Positions 56,088-64,000 of a stretch of DNA of 64,000 nucleotides are shown one piece after another; positions within the stretch are counted from its first letter, which is position 1, and the number at the start of each line of letters is the position of its first letter. The stretch is taken from IMG/VR virus record IMGVR_UViG_3300025276_000022. One strand, given 5' to 3'. Origin of the DNA: a virus. The position numbers and the translations under genes are program-made. The notes below the pieces were generated by a model. That model was not told the DNA's origin. It searched no databases and saw only the letters and a program-made list of their open reading frames with translations.

Positions 56088-57068
56088 ATGTCACTATTAA
56101 AATTTTCTACATCATACAAACCTTTCCTCTACCCTTGGGCAGTGGAATTGACTAAGAAACATGAAGAGATCCATTGGATCGAAGATGAAGCAGAACTATC
56201 CGAAGACGTGCAGGATTGGAAAACAAAATTGACTGAGGAAGAGAAAACCTTCATCACTCATGTGCTACGATTGTTCACACAGTCGGATGTACAGGTAGGA
56301 GAGAACTACCACGAACTTCTAATACCGAAGTTTAAAAATAACGAAGTACGTAACATGCTAGGATCTTTCGCAAACCGCGAAGGTGTGCATCAACGTGCAT
56401 ACGCTCTATTGAATGATACTCTTGGCCTACCAGACGAAGACTATCACGCATTCTTAGAGTATACCGAAATGGCGGATAAGATCGACTTCATGAAGAGTGG
56501 TAACATATCTACTCACATGGGACTCGCACTTGCGTTGGCACAGTCAGTGTTCAATGAAGGTATGTCTGTATTCGCATCATTTGTTATGCTACTTAACTTC
56601 CAACGTTTTGGAAAGATGAAGGGTATGGCAACAATTGTCGAGTGGTCTATTCGAGACGAGACTATTCATGTACAAGGTAATGCGAAGTTGTTCCGTGAGT
56701 TCACTAATGAACACTCACGTATTGTGAACGACGAACTAAAGTCTAAGATCTACGAGATGGCAGAGAATGCTGTTAAACTGGAAGACAAGTTCATTCAACT
56801 CGCATTTAAAGGAAATCATGTTCAAGGGTTAACTAAGAAAGAAGTTCGCGACTATGTGCGTCACATTGCTGACCGTCGTCTACTCCAGTTAGGAATGAAG
56901 CCCATGTTCAAACAAAAGACAAATCCACTCCCTTGGTTAGACTGGGTACTGAACGGAGCATCACACGACAACTTCTTTGAGAAACGTGTGACCGAATACT
57001 CGGTTGCTGGTATGGACGGCGAAGACTTCGGTTGGGAAGAGTTGGAGTCAGAGACAAAATATGGATAA
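56088..57068 (+). CDS. nrdB: Class I ribonucleotide reductase beta subunit
   Basis: FTQSD, EGVHQRAY, NEG...F, RDETIH, NFFEKRVTEY. Confidence 0.97.
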   Translation: MSLLKFSTSYKPFLYPWAVELTKKHEEIHWIEDEAELSEDVQDWKTKLTEEEKTFITHVLRLFTQSDVQVGENYHELLIPKFKNNEVRNMLGSFANREGVHQRAYALLNDTLGLPDEDYHAFLEYTEMADKIDFMKSGNISTHMGLALALAQSVFNEGMSVFASFVMLLNFQRFGKMKGMATIVEWSIRDETIHVQGNAKLFREFTNEHSRIVNDELKSKIYEMAENAVKLEDKFIQLAFKGNHVQGLTKKEVRDYVRHIADRRLLQLGMKPMFKQKTNPLPWLDWVLNGASHDNFFEKRVTEYSVAGMDGEDFGWEELESETKYG

Positions 57069-57207
57069 GCAATACGGTATAGAATGCCCTATCTGCGATA
57101 TCGAAACTGTTATTGGGGTGCCGTACGATGATGATCTTCCTCGGCATTGCCCCATGTGCGGTTCGGACGCAGACGCTGAGGAAATAGAACCAGAAGAGTT
57201 TGATTGA
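57061..57207 (+). CDS. Small zinc-ribbon protein
   Basis: CPIC...CPMCG. Confidence 0.7.
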   Translation: MDKQYGIECPICDIETVIGVPYDDDLPRHCPMCGSDADAEEIEPEEFD

Positions 57208-57240
57208 TCCTACACCTTTAATGCTTATATAAGTAGGTGT

Positions 57241-57657
57241 ATGGAATGGACATTTGAAGACAAAGCTTTCGACCCCGAAGAATCTTTTCTAGAAGATTAT
57301 CAGGGATTCGTGTACATAGTGACTGAACTCAGTACTGGGAAGAAGTACCTAGGTAAAAAGTTTTTCTGGAAACCCAAAACCCTGCCAGTAACAAAGAAGC
57401 GAAAGCGTAAAATAAAAACGCGAGTACAGTCTGACTGGAAGAAATATTTTGGGTCAAGTCTAGAAGTAAAAGCTTTGGTAGAACAGAAAGGTGCAGAGAG
57501 TTTCAAGAGAGAAGTTTTAAAACTCTGCCGCACCAAAGGGGAATGCTCCTACTACGAAGCAAAACTACAGTTCCAATATGATGTCCTACTCAGTGACGAA
57601 TTCTATAACGCCTTCATCGGCTGTAAGATACACGCGAAACATTTACCAAAAGATTAA
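57241..57657 (+). CDS. Small GIY-YIG nuclease
   Basis: GFVYIVT...KKYLGKK, WKKYFGSS, YYE, FYN. Confidence 0.85.
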   Translation: MEWTFEDKAFDPEESFLEDYQGFVYIVTELSTGKKYLGKKFFWKPKTLPVTKKRKRKIKTRVQSDWKKYFGSSLEVKALVEQKGAESFKREVLKLCRTKGECSYYEAKLQFQYDVLLSDEFYNAFIGCKIHAKHLPKD

Positions 57658-57660
57658 TCT

Positions 57661-57984
57661 ATGAGTATTACCATGACTCCTGCTGCGGAACATCATGTAC
57701 TCACACATCTACAGCATCGTGCTAAGGGTGTGGGTGTGCGATTGGGTGTCCGTACTACTGGGTGTTCTGGTTTATCATATGTGCTAGAGTTTGTCGACGA
57801 CACTCACGAAGAAGATATTGTCACGCAATGTGGCGAGGTCAAATTAGTTGTAGACCCTAAGAGTCTAATGTACCTAGACGGTACTGAATTGGATTATGTT
57901 AGGGAAGGTCTTAACGAGGGATTCGAATTTAAGAATCCCAACGTATCAGACGAATGTGGTTGTGGAGAAAGTTTCCACGTCTAA
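57661..57984 (+). CDS. iscA: A-type Fe-S cluster carrier IscA
   Basis: [34 protein letters not shown]...CGCGESF. Confidence 0.95.
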   Translation: MSITMTPAAEHHVLTHLQHRAKGVGVRLGVRTTGCSGLSYVLEFVDDTHEEDIVTQCGEVKLVVDPKSLMYLDGTELDYVREGLNEGFEFKNPNVSDECGCGESFHV

Positions 57985-58157
57985 AGAGTAGGGACGATAT
58001 TAGCGTAACTGATCACTTGATCACCACTGTTAAAGTTCCTTGGCGTAATGACAAGTCCATACTGATTCATCATCTTAACAATACCTACCCTTATAGTGTC
58101 GCTGCTGTGTTTATACTGGACAACATCGCCTATATTAATTTTAACTCTCATAACCAT
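57981..58157 (-). CDS. Small hypothetical protein (58 aa)
   Basis: AAGGAG RBS; [17 protein letters not shown]...; stop overlaps iscA stop. Confidence 0.65.
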   Translation of the reverse strand: MVMRVKINIGDVVQYKHSSDTIRVGIVKMMNQYGLVITPRNFNSGDQVISYANIVPTL

Positions 58158-58162
58158 TCTCC

Positions 58163-58330
58163 TTAAAACCGTGCGACATACGCTTCATCAGAAGACATCC
58201 GAGAGCGGTTACAAGGCACTTGCAAGTTAATCTTCTCTGCATACTCATGAGCAGCCATCGCACTAGAGAACACCTTAGCACATAGGGGGCGATCAGTCTT
58301 GATACACAATAGACGGTAGTAATAAAACAT
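58163..58330 (-). CDS. Hypothetical protein
   Basis: Coupled to upstream gene, MFYYYRLLC... Confidence 0.6.
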   Translation of the reverse strand: MFYYYRLLCIKTDRPLCAKVFSSAMAAHEYAEKINLQVPCNRSRMSSDEAYVARF

Positions 58331-58647
58331 TAGTTCACTTCCTTGAAGCCGCACATCGCGACCTTGTAAGTTTTGTTGTCAAGCAACATGTAGTCTCCCA
58401 TCGAGGTAGACCGCAAACCATACGTCACACCATCATGGACTGGCAAATCTACCAACACGGTCACATCTTCTGAGTAGTCTGGATTGAACTCTTTGGTAAA
58501 GTCTTTACGACTCCAAGAACCTTGGATGTTCTGAGTACGAACATATGCATACTCAAGAGCGATGTCGCCAGTGCGATCACCGACGTTTACTTTAGCAACG
58601 ATTGACGGAGTCTTCTCAAATGCTTGGTGGGTTACTGTAATAATCAT
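58330..58647 (-). CDS. Hypothetical early protein
   Basis: AAGGA RBS; TQN...SWS; LRSTSMGD. Confidence 0.8.
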   Translation of the reverse strand: MIITVTHQAFEKTPSIVAKVNVGDRTGDIALEYAYVRTQNIQGSWSRKDFTKEFNPDYSEDVTVLVDLPVHDGVTYGLRSTSMGDYMLLDNKTYKVAMCGFKEVN

Positions 58648-58658
58648 AATAATATTCC

Positions 58659-58877
58659 TTAAGCTAGGTCAATGGATAGTTTGGCATTGTACCAGAAATC
58701 TGATACATCTGAATAGAGCACGACACACTGGTCGTGTTCGTAGTACTTACGTAGATTAAGTACAAAGTTGGTTAGTGAAGAACACCACACTTGGGTGATG
58801 TCATTCCCATGATGCCACCGCATAAAGGCAGACTCAATGTAAGACATGGGTAACGCAGAAGGTGATTGGTTTTTCAT
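58659..58877 (-). CDS. Hypothetical early protein
   Basis: First gene after leftward promoter, GAGAG leader. Confidence 0.7.
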   Translation of the reverse strand: MKNQSPSALPMSYIESAFMRWHHGNDITQVWCSSLTNFVLNLRKYYEHDQCVVLYSDVSDFWYNAKLSIDLA

Positions 58878-58908
58878 AATTTTCTCTCTTAACTCAATTT
58901 GTACAGCT

Positions 58909-58937
58909 ATTATATCATACTCGTTTTGAAAACGCAA
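58909..58937 (-). promoter_or_regulatory. Leftward early promoter
   Basis: TTGCGT-N17-TATAATAGCT. Confidence 0.8.
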
Positions 58938-59023
58938 GGCAATACAGCATTTTCTTTAGAACTTTTTGGCATATAGGGGTGGGCAACTATGCTTTATTGG
59001 TATAAAAATAATAGTATAATGCC

Positions 59024-59052
59024 TTGACTTTTGTTTCGAAAACGAGTATAAT
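59024..59052 (+). promoter_or_regulatory. Rightward early promoter
   Basis: TTGACT-N17-TATAATAGCT. Confidence 0.85.
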
Positions 59053-59087
59053 AGCTACATAAAGTCGAGTTGAGAGAGAGAATTGTT

Positions 59088-59240
59088 ATGATGAAATTTG
59101 TATTGCGAAATGTTGTTAATGACCAGTTGATTGTTAATATGATGTTCGATACCGAAGCAGGTGCTATAGAGTACCGTGAATTGTTCACTGAGAAAGGAAC
59201 TGCTTGGATTGATTACTGTAAGGTTAGTTGGGAAAAATAA
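59088..59240 (+). CDS. Small early protein (50 aa)
   Basis: GAGAGAG leader; MMKFVLRNVVND... Confidence 0.7.
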   Translation: MMKFVLRNVVNDQLIVNMMFDTEAGAIEYRELFTEKGTAWIDYCKVSWEK

Positions 59241-59273
59241 TAGCTATATAAACTTGAGACGAGAGAGAATATT

Positions 59274-59387
59274 ATGAGTGTAGAGAAAACTGTAACAACC
59301 ACCACCCCCCAGCGGCAACTCACAAGCGCAGAGGCGATTGCGGTGTTCCGCAAAGCCCGCGCGGCCGCGAAGGAGAGAGCAGCATGA
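59274..59387 (+). CDS. Small early protein (37 aa)
   Basis: GAGAGAG leader; ATGA overlap with next gene. Confidence 0.55.
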   Translation: MSVEKTVTTTTPQRQLTSAEAIAVFRKARAAAKERAA

Positions 59388-59887
59388 AAATTGTTATTCA
59401 GACACAACTACGCGAGAACTATGGTGCCCATACGTGGGACGGTGAAGGTAGATGTCCCCAACGCTGGAAGTTTAAGGGGGGTAACACCTACTTCGTCGAC
59501 TGCACCTTAGCAGAGTCGCAAGACCCAGGCTACTGGTGTGAGTTAGCGTCTCTCATTAATGTACGTGACGAGTACTTTGATGAGTACATCACTAGTGAAG
59601 AGTTAGTGGATGCGATTGATTTCGATCCTGCTAACTACCACGAACATTGGGAGAACCCAATCTATTTGGAGAGAACCAATGGGGTTAATTGGGATGCTCA
59701 ACAGATCTTTGAGTACAGTGAATACTTCCCTGCTCATGGGATTCTGAAACAGAAGGTGACTTCTTGGATGATGTTCCCAGATGGGATTGTAGAACACCAC
59801 TCAGTTCTAGTCGAGACATGTGAAGGTGACGTGATGAGCTGGAAAGACGCGAACGAATATTACTCTGAAATGAAAGGAACTGTATAA
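59384..59887 (+). CDS. Hypothetical early protein
   Basis: TQ.RENYGAH.WDG.G.CPQ.WKFKGG. Confidence 0.85.
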   Translation: MKIVIQTQLRENYGAHTWDGEGRCPQRWKFKGGNTYFVDCTLAESQDPGYWCELASLINVRDEYFDEYITSEELVDAIDFDPANYHEHWENPIYLERTNGVNWDAQQIFEYSEYFPAHGILKQKVTSWMMFPDGIVEHHSVLVETCEGDVMSWKDANEYYSEMKGTV

Positions 59888-60126
59888 TGAATATGGCATA
59901 TTGCGATTACATCGCACACACAATATTGAGACCAGCGCTACAAAATGACGGCAAGGATCAGGGCCCACTTAACCGCCCAGAACTTGATAAAGGAGTTATA
60001 AGAGAGGTCGGTCACGTGAAGATGGATTTGGATCCTGTAGAGGGTTATATGGTATCCACCGCCAAGAGAATCGACGTGGTAGATATGAATGGTACGAAAT
60101 ACCGTATCACGGTTGAAGAAATTTAA
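59887..60126 (+). CDS. Hypothetical early protein
   Basis: Coupled ORF. Confidence 0.75.
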   Translation: MNMAYCDYIAHTILRPALQNDGKDQGPLNRPELDKGVIREVGHVKMDLDPVEGYMVSTAKRIDVVDMNGTKYRITVEEI

Positions 60127-60139
60127 TTAGCGAAATGCC

Positions 60140-60168
60140 TTGACTTTTGTTTTGATTACATGTATAAT
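60140..60168 (+). promoter_or_regulatory. Early promoter
   Basis: TTGACT-N17-TATAATAGCT. Confidence 0.85.
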
Positions 60169-60196
60169 AGCTACATAAACTGATAAAGAGAGAGAT

Positions 60197-60475
60197 TTGA
60201 ATATGCCTACTAACTACTTTGGTCTAAGAAAAAACCCTGAGTTCACTAAGTTCCGCAACTATGTTCTGTCGTTCTATGCGTACGACGGTCTTTACCCTGT
60301 AGAGGGCCTCAACGTTGAAGTTGTTGAACGTGCTATCGTTAAGTACATCGAAATATGTTCTAGTCCTGCTCGTCAAGAGTCTTGGGGTCACGGTGACTCT
60401 GTTGACCGCGAGAGAGTTCGGGATTTAATAATTGACACAACTTCTAGTAAACTTAAAGTCAAGGAGACTGTATAA
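60197..60475 (+). CDS. Hypothetical early protein
   Basis: F..YVLSFY...GDSVDRERVRD. Confidence 0.8.
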   Translation: MNMPTNYFGLRKNPEFTKFRNYVLSFYAYDGLYPVEGLNVEVVERAIVKYIEICSSPARQESWGHGDSVDRERVRDLIIDTTSSKLKVKETV

Positions 60476-60747
60476 TGGATAATCAAATCGTGTATATATC
60501 TGACCCTTCACACTCTTACTTGAGAGTGCCAGTTCGTAAGGTAGAGAACCTAGGTTTCATGAACGAAATCTCTGAGTACTCTTTTTTCAACAACCATTAC
60601 GTATGGTTAGAGTGCGACTGTGATGCTCAGTTGTTCTTTGATGCGTTAGATGACCGTGGTCTGGCAGAACCGACTATCTACATGGAAACTCTTAATGAAC
60701 AGGCACCGTTTAGATTGTATCCACGGTTCTCTGCGAAGGCTGCTTAG
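60475..60747 (+). CDS. Hypothetical early protein
   Basis: SDPSH..L.V...IS.YSF...LECDCDA. Confidence 0.8.
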   Translation: MDNQIVYISDPSHSYLRVPVRKVENLGFMNEISEYSFFNNHYVWLECDCDAQLFFDALDDRGLAEPTIYMETLNEQAPFRLYPRFSAKAA

Positions 60748-60905
60748 TGACTTACGCAATGGTAATGTGTGTCGAGTGGTATGACGAAAATGATGACCGC
60801 CAAATACAGTGGAATGTTCGTGACCCTGAACAGTTAAAACGTGAACTAATCGCGCAGAACATTCCGGAAGATAAGATTGAAATATACGAGAAAGATGTAT
60901 CCTAA
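60747..60905 (+). CDS. Small hypothetical protein
   Basis: Fills gap between coupled genes; GTG 60747 or ATG 60759. Confidence 0.55.
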   Translation: MTYAMVMCVEWYDENDDRQIQWNVRDPEQLKRELIAQNIPEDKIEIYEKDVS

Positions 60906-61411
60906 TGAAGACAGAGACCATTTTAGAAGAAGCAATACCGTTCGCCACACAGATGCACGAGGGGCAATTACGAAAGTATACTCATGAACCCTATATCGAA
61001 CATCCTTTGGCTGTCGCAGATTTAGTTGAAGAGTACATGGACGCTCGTAGATGCGTTTACGACGATGATGCTATTATGACCGCAATGACTATTGCAGTTC
61101 TCCATGATGTTGTCGAAGATACCGAAGCAACTATGGAAGACATCGTTGAACTGTTCGGAGAAGAAGTTGCTACCGGAGTTTGGTTCTTAACTAAATGTCC
61201 AGACTACGTAGGTAACCGTGCTACTCGAAAAAAGATATGTGAAGATCGACTTGCCAGTGCACCGGAGATCGTCAAGATTATTAAGGCGTTTGATATGCAG
61301 CATAACAGTCTTACTCTAGAACGAGACGACCCTGCTTTCTATAAAGTATTTGTACGAGAGGCCGAGAGTTTATTGGCCGCGATGAAGTTAGAACACATCT
61401 TGCCAAAATAA
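60905..61411 (+). CDS. HD-domain small alarmone hydrolase (SpoT-HD/Mesh1-like)
   Basis: HEGQLRK...EPYIEHP..VA, AVLHDVVEDT, K..D..HN. Confidence 0.88.
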   Translation: MKTETILEEAIPFATQMHEGQLRKYTHEPYIEHPLAVADLVEEYMDARRCVYDDDAIMTAMTIAVLHDVVEDTEATMEDIVELFGEEVATGVWFLTKCPDYVGNRATRKKICEDRLASAPEIVKIIKAFDMQHNSLTLERDDPAFYKVFVREAESLLAAMKLEHILPK

Positions 61412-61434
61412 ATCACTTATTTTCATAATAAGTC

Positions 61435-61463
61435 TTGACACGTAATGAAAATAAGTGTATAAT
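61435..61463 (+). promoter_or_regulatory. Early promoter
   Basis: TTGACA-N17-TATAATAGCT. Confidence 0.85.
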
Positions 61464-61497
61464 AGCTGTATAAATTAATGAAAAGAGAAACTATATT

Positions 61498-62454
61498 ATG
61501 TCTACTATGAACGATGTGCTTCAAATTGAAACTTCCGCGACAGTTGGTAAATGCCCTTGGGGTATCGGTACCGAAGTCTCTAACGATTTAACTCCTATCC
61601 AGATGATGCAGAAAGCAGGCGTCGATTGGTCAGTTGAGAAGATCCCTACTTACGCTCGACACAACAATGTTGAAGTACCTACAGGTATGGAAGCACTTGT
61701 GCGTTCTACTGACAGTAAGATCCTCACCCAAGTGGGTGGTAACTGGAACCCAGTTCAAAACGAAACCGCATTCGAATTCTTCAACGATTACTGCTCTGCC
61801 GGTGATATGGAAATGAGTTCTGCTGGTTCTTTGAAAGATGGTAAGATGGTCTACGCAATGGCTAAGGTCAAAGAGTCATTCGATATATTGAAGGGTGATC
61901 AGGTTGATTCATATCTTTTATTCTCTAACCCACATGAGTACGGTAAGTCAATCGACGTTCGATTCACTCCGGTTCGTGTAACTTGTATGAACAGTCTGTC
62001 ACTTGCTCTACGTGGAACTGCGGTTAACTCAACTAAGATTAACCACCGTAAGGCATTCGATCCAGAACAGGTTAAAATCACTATGGGTCTTGCCCACGAG
62101 AAGTTTGACCAATACAAAGAGATGGCAGAGTTGTTATCAAAACGACAGTTCACTGCTGATACTCTTATCCAATACTACAACTCTCTTTTCCCTTCACAGG
62201 CACCGAAGGAAGAAGTTCGAGTTTACAACGACCTCGCACCGAATGCCAAGAAGGCATACGAGTTGTTAGAGACCCAGCCAGGCGCTGAGTACGGTCGTGG
62301 AACATGGTGGCAGGCGTTTAACTCAGTTACGTATCTAACTGACCACCGATTAGGTCGTACCGCTGACAGTCGAATGACTTCTGCATGGTACGGTGCAAAC
62401 CAAGTCAAGAAGAAGCGTGCAGCTGAACTTGCAGTAGAAATGGCGGTAGCATAA
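61498..62454 (+). CDS. DUF932-family phage/plasmid protein
   Basis: PW..IG, AG.DW.V, VQN..AFEFF, AGSL.DG, FTPVRV.C.N, GTWW.AFN.VT. Confidence 0.88.
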   Translation: MSTMNDVLQIETSATVGKCPWGIGTEVSNDLTPIQMMQKAGVDWSVEKIPTYARHNNVEVPTGMEALVRSTDSKILTQVGGNWNPVQNETAFEFFNDYCSAGDMEMSSAGSLKDGKMVYAMAKVKESFDILKGDQVDSYLLFSNPHEYGKSIDVRFTPVRVTCMNSLSLALRGTAVNSTKINHRKAFDPEQVKITMGLAHEKFDQYKEMAELLSKRQFTADTLIQYYNSLFPSQAPKEEVRVYNDLAPNAKKAYELLETQPGAEYGRGTWWQAFNSVTYLTDHRLGRTADSRMTSAWYGANQVKKKRAAELAVEMAVA

Positions 62455-62723
62455 TGTATACTAGTAATCGAGAATACAAAAATAGGTATGGGGACAAATA
62501 TGAGTTCGTTGGAACGGACTCTCCATCTAGATTCATTCTGGAGGGTAATCTTAAATACTGTAGGATGGGTGGTAAGGAAGGCGTGGAGAGAATCGACCAA
62601 TTAGATTTGGGTATGATAGATCCTAGTGGTGGCCCTTACATAGATCTAGGTACCTTGATAGACAATAAAAAAATAACTAAAATTTCTGTATACTCAGAAG
62701 TAATCATGTTGGAGACAGAATAG
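62454..62723 (+). CDS. Hypothetical protein
   Basis: NRYGD.Y.F...IDPSGGPYI. Confidence 0.8.
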   Translation: MYTSNREYKNRYGDKYEFVGTDSPSRFILEGNLKYCRMGGKEGVERIDQLDLGMIDPSGGPYIDLGTLIDNKKITKISVYSEVIMLETE

Positions 62724-62938
62724 TGGAGATTGAAATAACAGATGAATCGCTTGAACGTATTATGGTAACCCAACTCACTCAGAGTCTGGAGTGGGCTCGT
62801 AAAGACTTGTCTACGTATGATGTTGGTTTAAATGCAAACGCAAACGTGGTAGGTGTCCCCGAAGCAGACAAAGAAGAACTGCGCAAGGACATTGAAGCTT
62901 ACGAAAGAATTCTCAATTATTGGACGGTACAATTATAA
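62723..62938 (+). CDS. Hypothetical protein
   Basis: Coupled ORF, GGAG RBS. Confidence 0.65.
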   Translation: MEIEITDESLERIMVTQLTQSLEWARKDLSTYDVGLNANANVVGVPEADKEELRKDIEAYERILNYWTVQL

Positions 62939-63357
62939 TGAAAAATCGATTCGACCTAGAACAAGAAATCATGGACTGTTGGAAAGTTACCGATGAGATC
63001 AATATGGTGACTAAACACTTCATCGATAGTCCACAATGGGAAGGTATGAGTGCTGAACTGGCCGATGCCTTGATGAACAAATACTTTGCGATTGCGGAAC
63101 TTTATGAACTCAAGTTTACAAATCTATTCGAGACCTTTGTCGATTGTATACCTGACTTGAAAGATTCTATCGAAAATAATTTAGGAGAGTATGTTTTTTC
63201 TGAAGCAGAACGACGTTTCATCACTGACGATACCGTTGATTTTTCCTCGCCTTGGGATGTAGAAGCTCCCAGTCCTCAAATGGATTTACGTCTAAATGAT
63301 GTCACGCCCGAAGGTTGGGACAACCCTAGGGCGTGGGATAAAACTACTAGAGGTTAA
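62938..63357 (+). CDS. Hypothetical protein
   Basis: RFDLEQEIMDCW.V.D...LY.LKF..LF. Confidence 0.75.
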   Translation: MKNRFDLEQEIMDCWKVTDEINMVTKHFIDSPQWEGMSAELADALMNKYFAIAELYELKFTNLFETFVDCIPDLKDSIENNLGEYVFSEAERRFITDDTVDFSSPWDVEAPSPQMDLRLNDVTPEGWDNPRAWDKTTRG

Positions 63358-63369
63358 ATATCTCTCTCG

Positions 63370-63417
63370 TTAGACCCCTTTGTTCTATAAATAGAAATAG
63401 ACAAGGGGAGCGTCTAA
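63370..63417 (+). promoter_or_regulatory. Late promoter embedded in RBS-sequestering hairpin
   Basis: TATAAATA 63386-63393 between TTAGACCCCTTTGT and ACAAGGGGAGCGTCTAA arms. Confidence 0.75.
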
Positions 63418-63686
63418 TGAAAACTTTTCATATAGCAGTACGAACTGCATTGCTGTGTTCTTTACTTTGGATTGGTGGTACAGCACTTTTAATTAATGAA
63501 TATATAAAGGTAGTGCAAACAAAAGATTTTCAGATTATGATGTTGAAGTCTGACGTTAGCAAGAATAAACAATTAACTACAGTATATGATACAACATTAA
63601 AAGATTTTCTTTGGAGAATTCAAAACCGCGAAGAGATTCGTCTTGCCAAGAAAACCTTTATGTGTTACAAAATTGATAAGGTATAA
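63417..63686 (+). CDS. Late membrane-anchored protein
   Basis: N-terminal TM then helical region. Confidence 0.7.
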   Translation: MKTFHIAVRTALLCSLLWIGGTALLINEYIKVVQTKDFQIMMLKSDVSKNKQLTTVYDTTLKDFLWRIQNREEIRLAKKTFMCYKIDKV

Positions 63687-63688
63687 TA

Positions 63689-64000
63689 ATGATTAAGTTT
63701 AATAAAGAAGTCTTTGAAGTTTTCGAGGAATATAAGAAAGCAGATTCCAGAGAATCCCGATTAGATGTATTGAAAAAATATGAAGACAACTGGGCGTTCA
63801 AAGATATTCTTCGTGGATCCTTCGACGAGTCTTTGGAATTTCTACTTCCTTCTGGACGCCCACCATTCACTCCCAATAAAGCGGAGTCGGTTCCCTCTAC
63901 CCTACTGAAGCAGCACAAGCAATTTGGTAACTTTATTAAGGGTGGTACCGGAGAGCAAACCCCAGCGTTTAAACGCGAGAATCAATTCGTCCAGCTTCTA
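63689..64000 (+). CDS. Conserved T4-like hypothetical protein (3' truncated)
   Basis: E.F......K...L....FD....F.LP.G.PPF..N...KRE..F.QLL; open to window end. Confidence 0.8.
   Translation, partial: MIKFNKEVFEVFEEYKKADSRESRLDVLKKYEDNWAFKDILRGSFDESLEFLLPSGRPPFTPNKAESVPSTLLKQHKQFGNFIKGGTGEQTPAFKRENQFVQLL

Noticed and set aside
18926-57068. Introns or inteins in gp43, uvsX, gp41, nrdA, nrdB
   Set aside because: All are continuous ORFs of ordinary length with no splicing motifs seen.
57954-58166. Plus-strand 70-aa ORF after iscA
   Set aside because: Shadow of a minus-strand 58-aa ORF with a strong AAGGAG RBS that continues the leftward operon.
121-63918. Numerous short ORFs nested in or antisense to long genes
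   Set aside because: They lack RBS or motif support and overlap confidently identified genes.
1-64000. Stop-codon reassignment
   Set aside because: Conserved genes are full length in the standard code, TAA, TGA and TAG all end genes, and no suppressor tRNA is present.

Overview
64 kb of a T4-like myovirus genome (~40% GC, probably aquatic/marine; host-type sigma70 promoters plus gp55-type TATAAATA late promoters). It runs from the 3' end of gp23 through the replication/recombination core (uvsY, uvsW, gp55, gp47/46/45/44/62, regA, gp43, uvsX, gp41, dsbA), nine tRNAs with interspersed structured RNAs, a late block of putative capsid-packaged proteins, nrdA/nrdB and iscA, into an early hyperplastic region. 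The best candidate system is a cytosine hypermodification cluster (14596-18894). It comprises a C5-MTase whose motif-X Asn is replaced by Arg, a CmoA-like carboxy-SAM synthase and a glutaminase-less AsnB-like amide ligase, predicting 5-carboxymethyl-C that is then amidated. A matching window-wide footprint was seen by eye: no GGWCC, and CCNGG only where it overlaps GCC/GGC. The second candidate is a set of proteins with T4-type capsid-targeting N-termini, including a modular polyprotein punctuated by prohead-protease-like sites. All calls are from manual reading and motif recognition; no searches were run.
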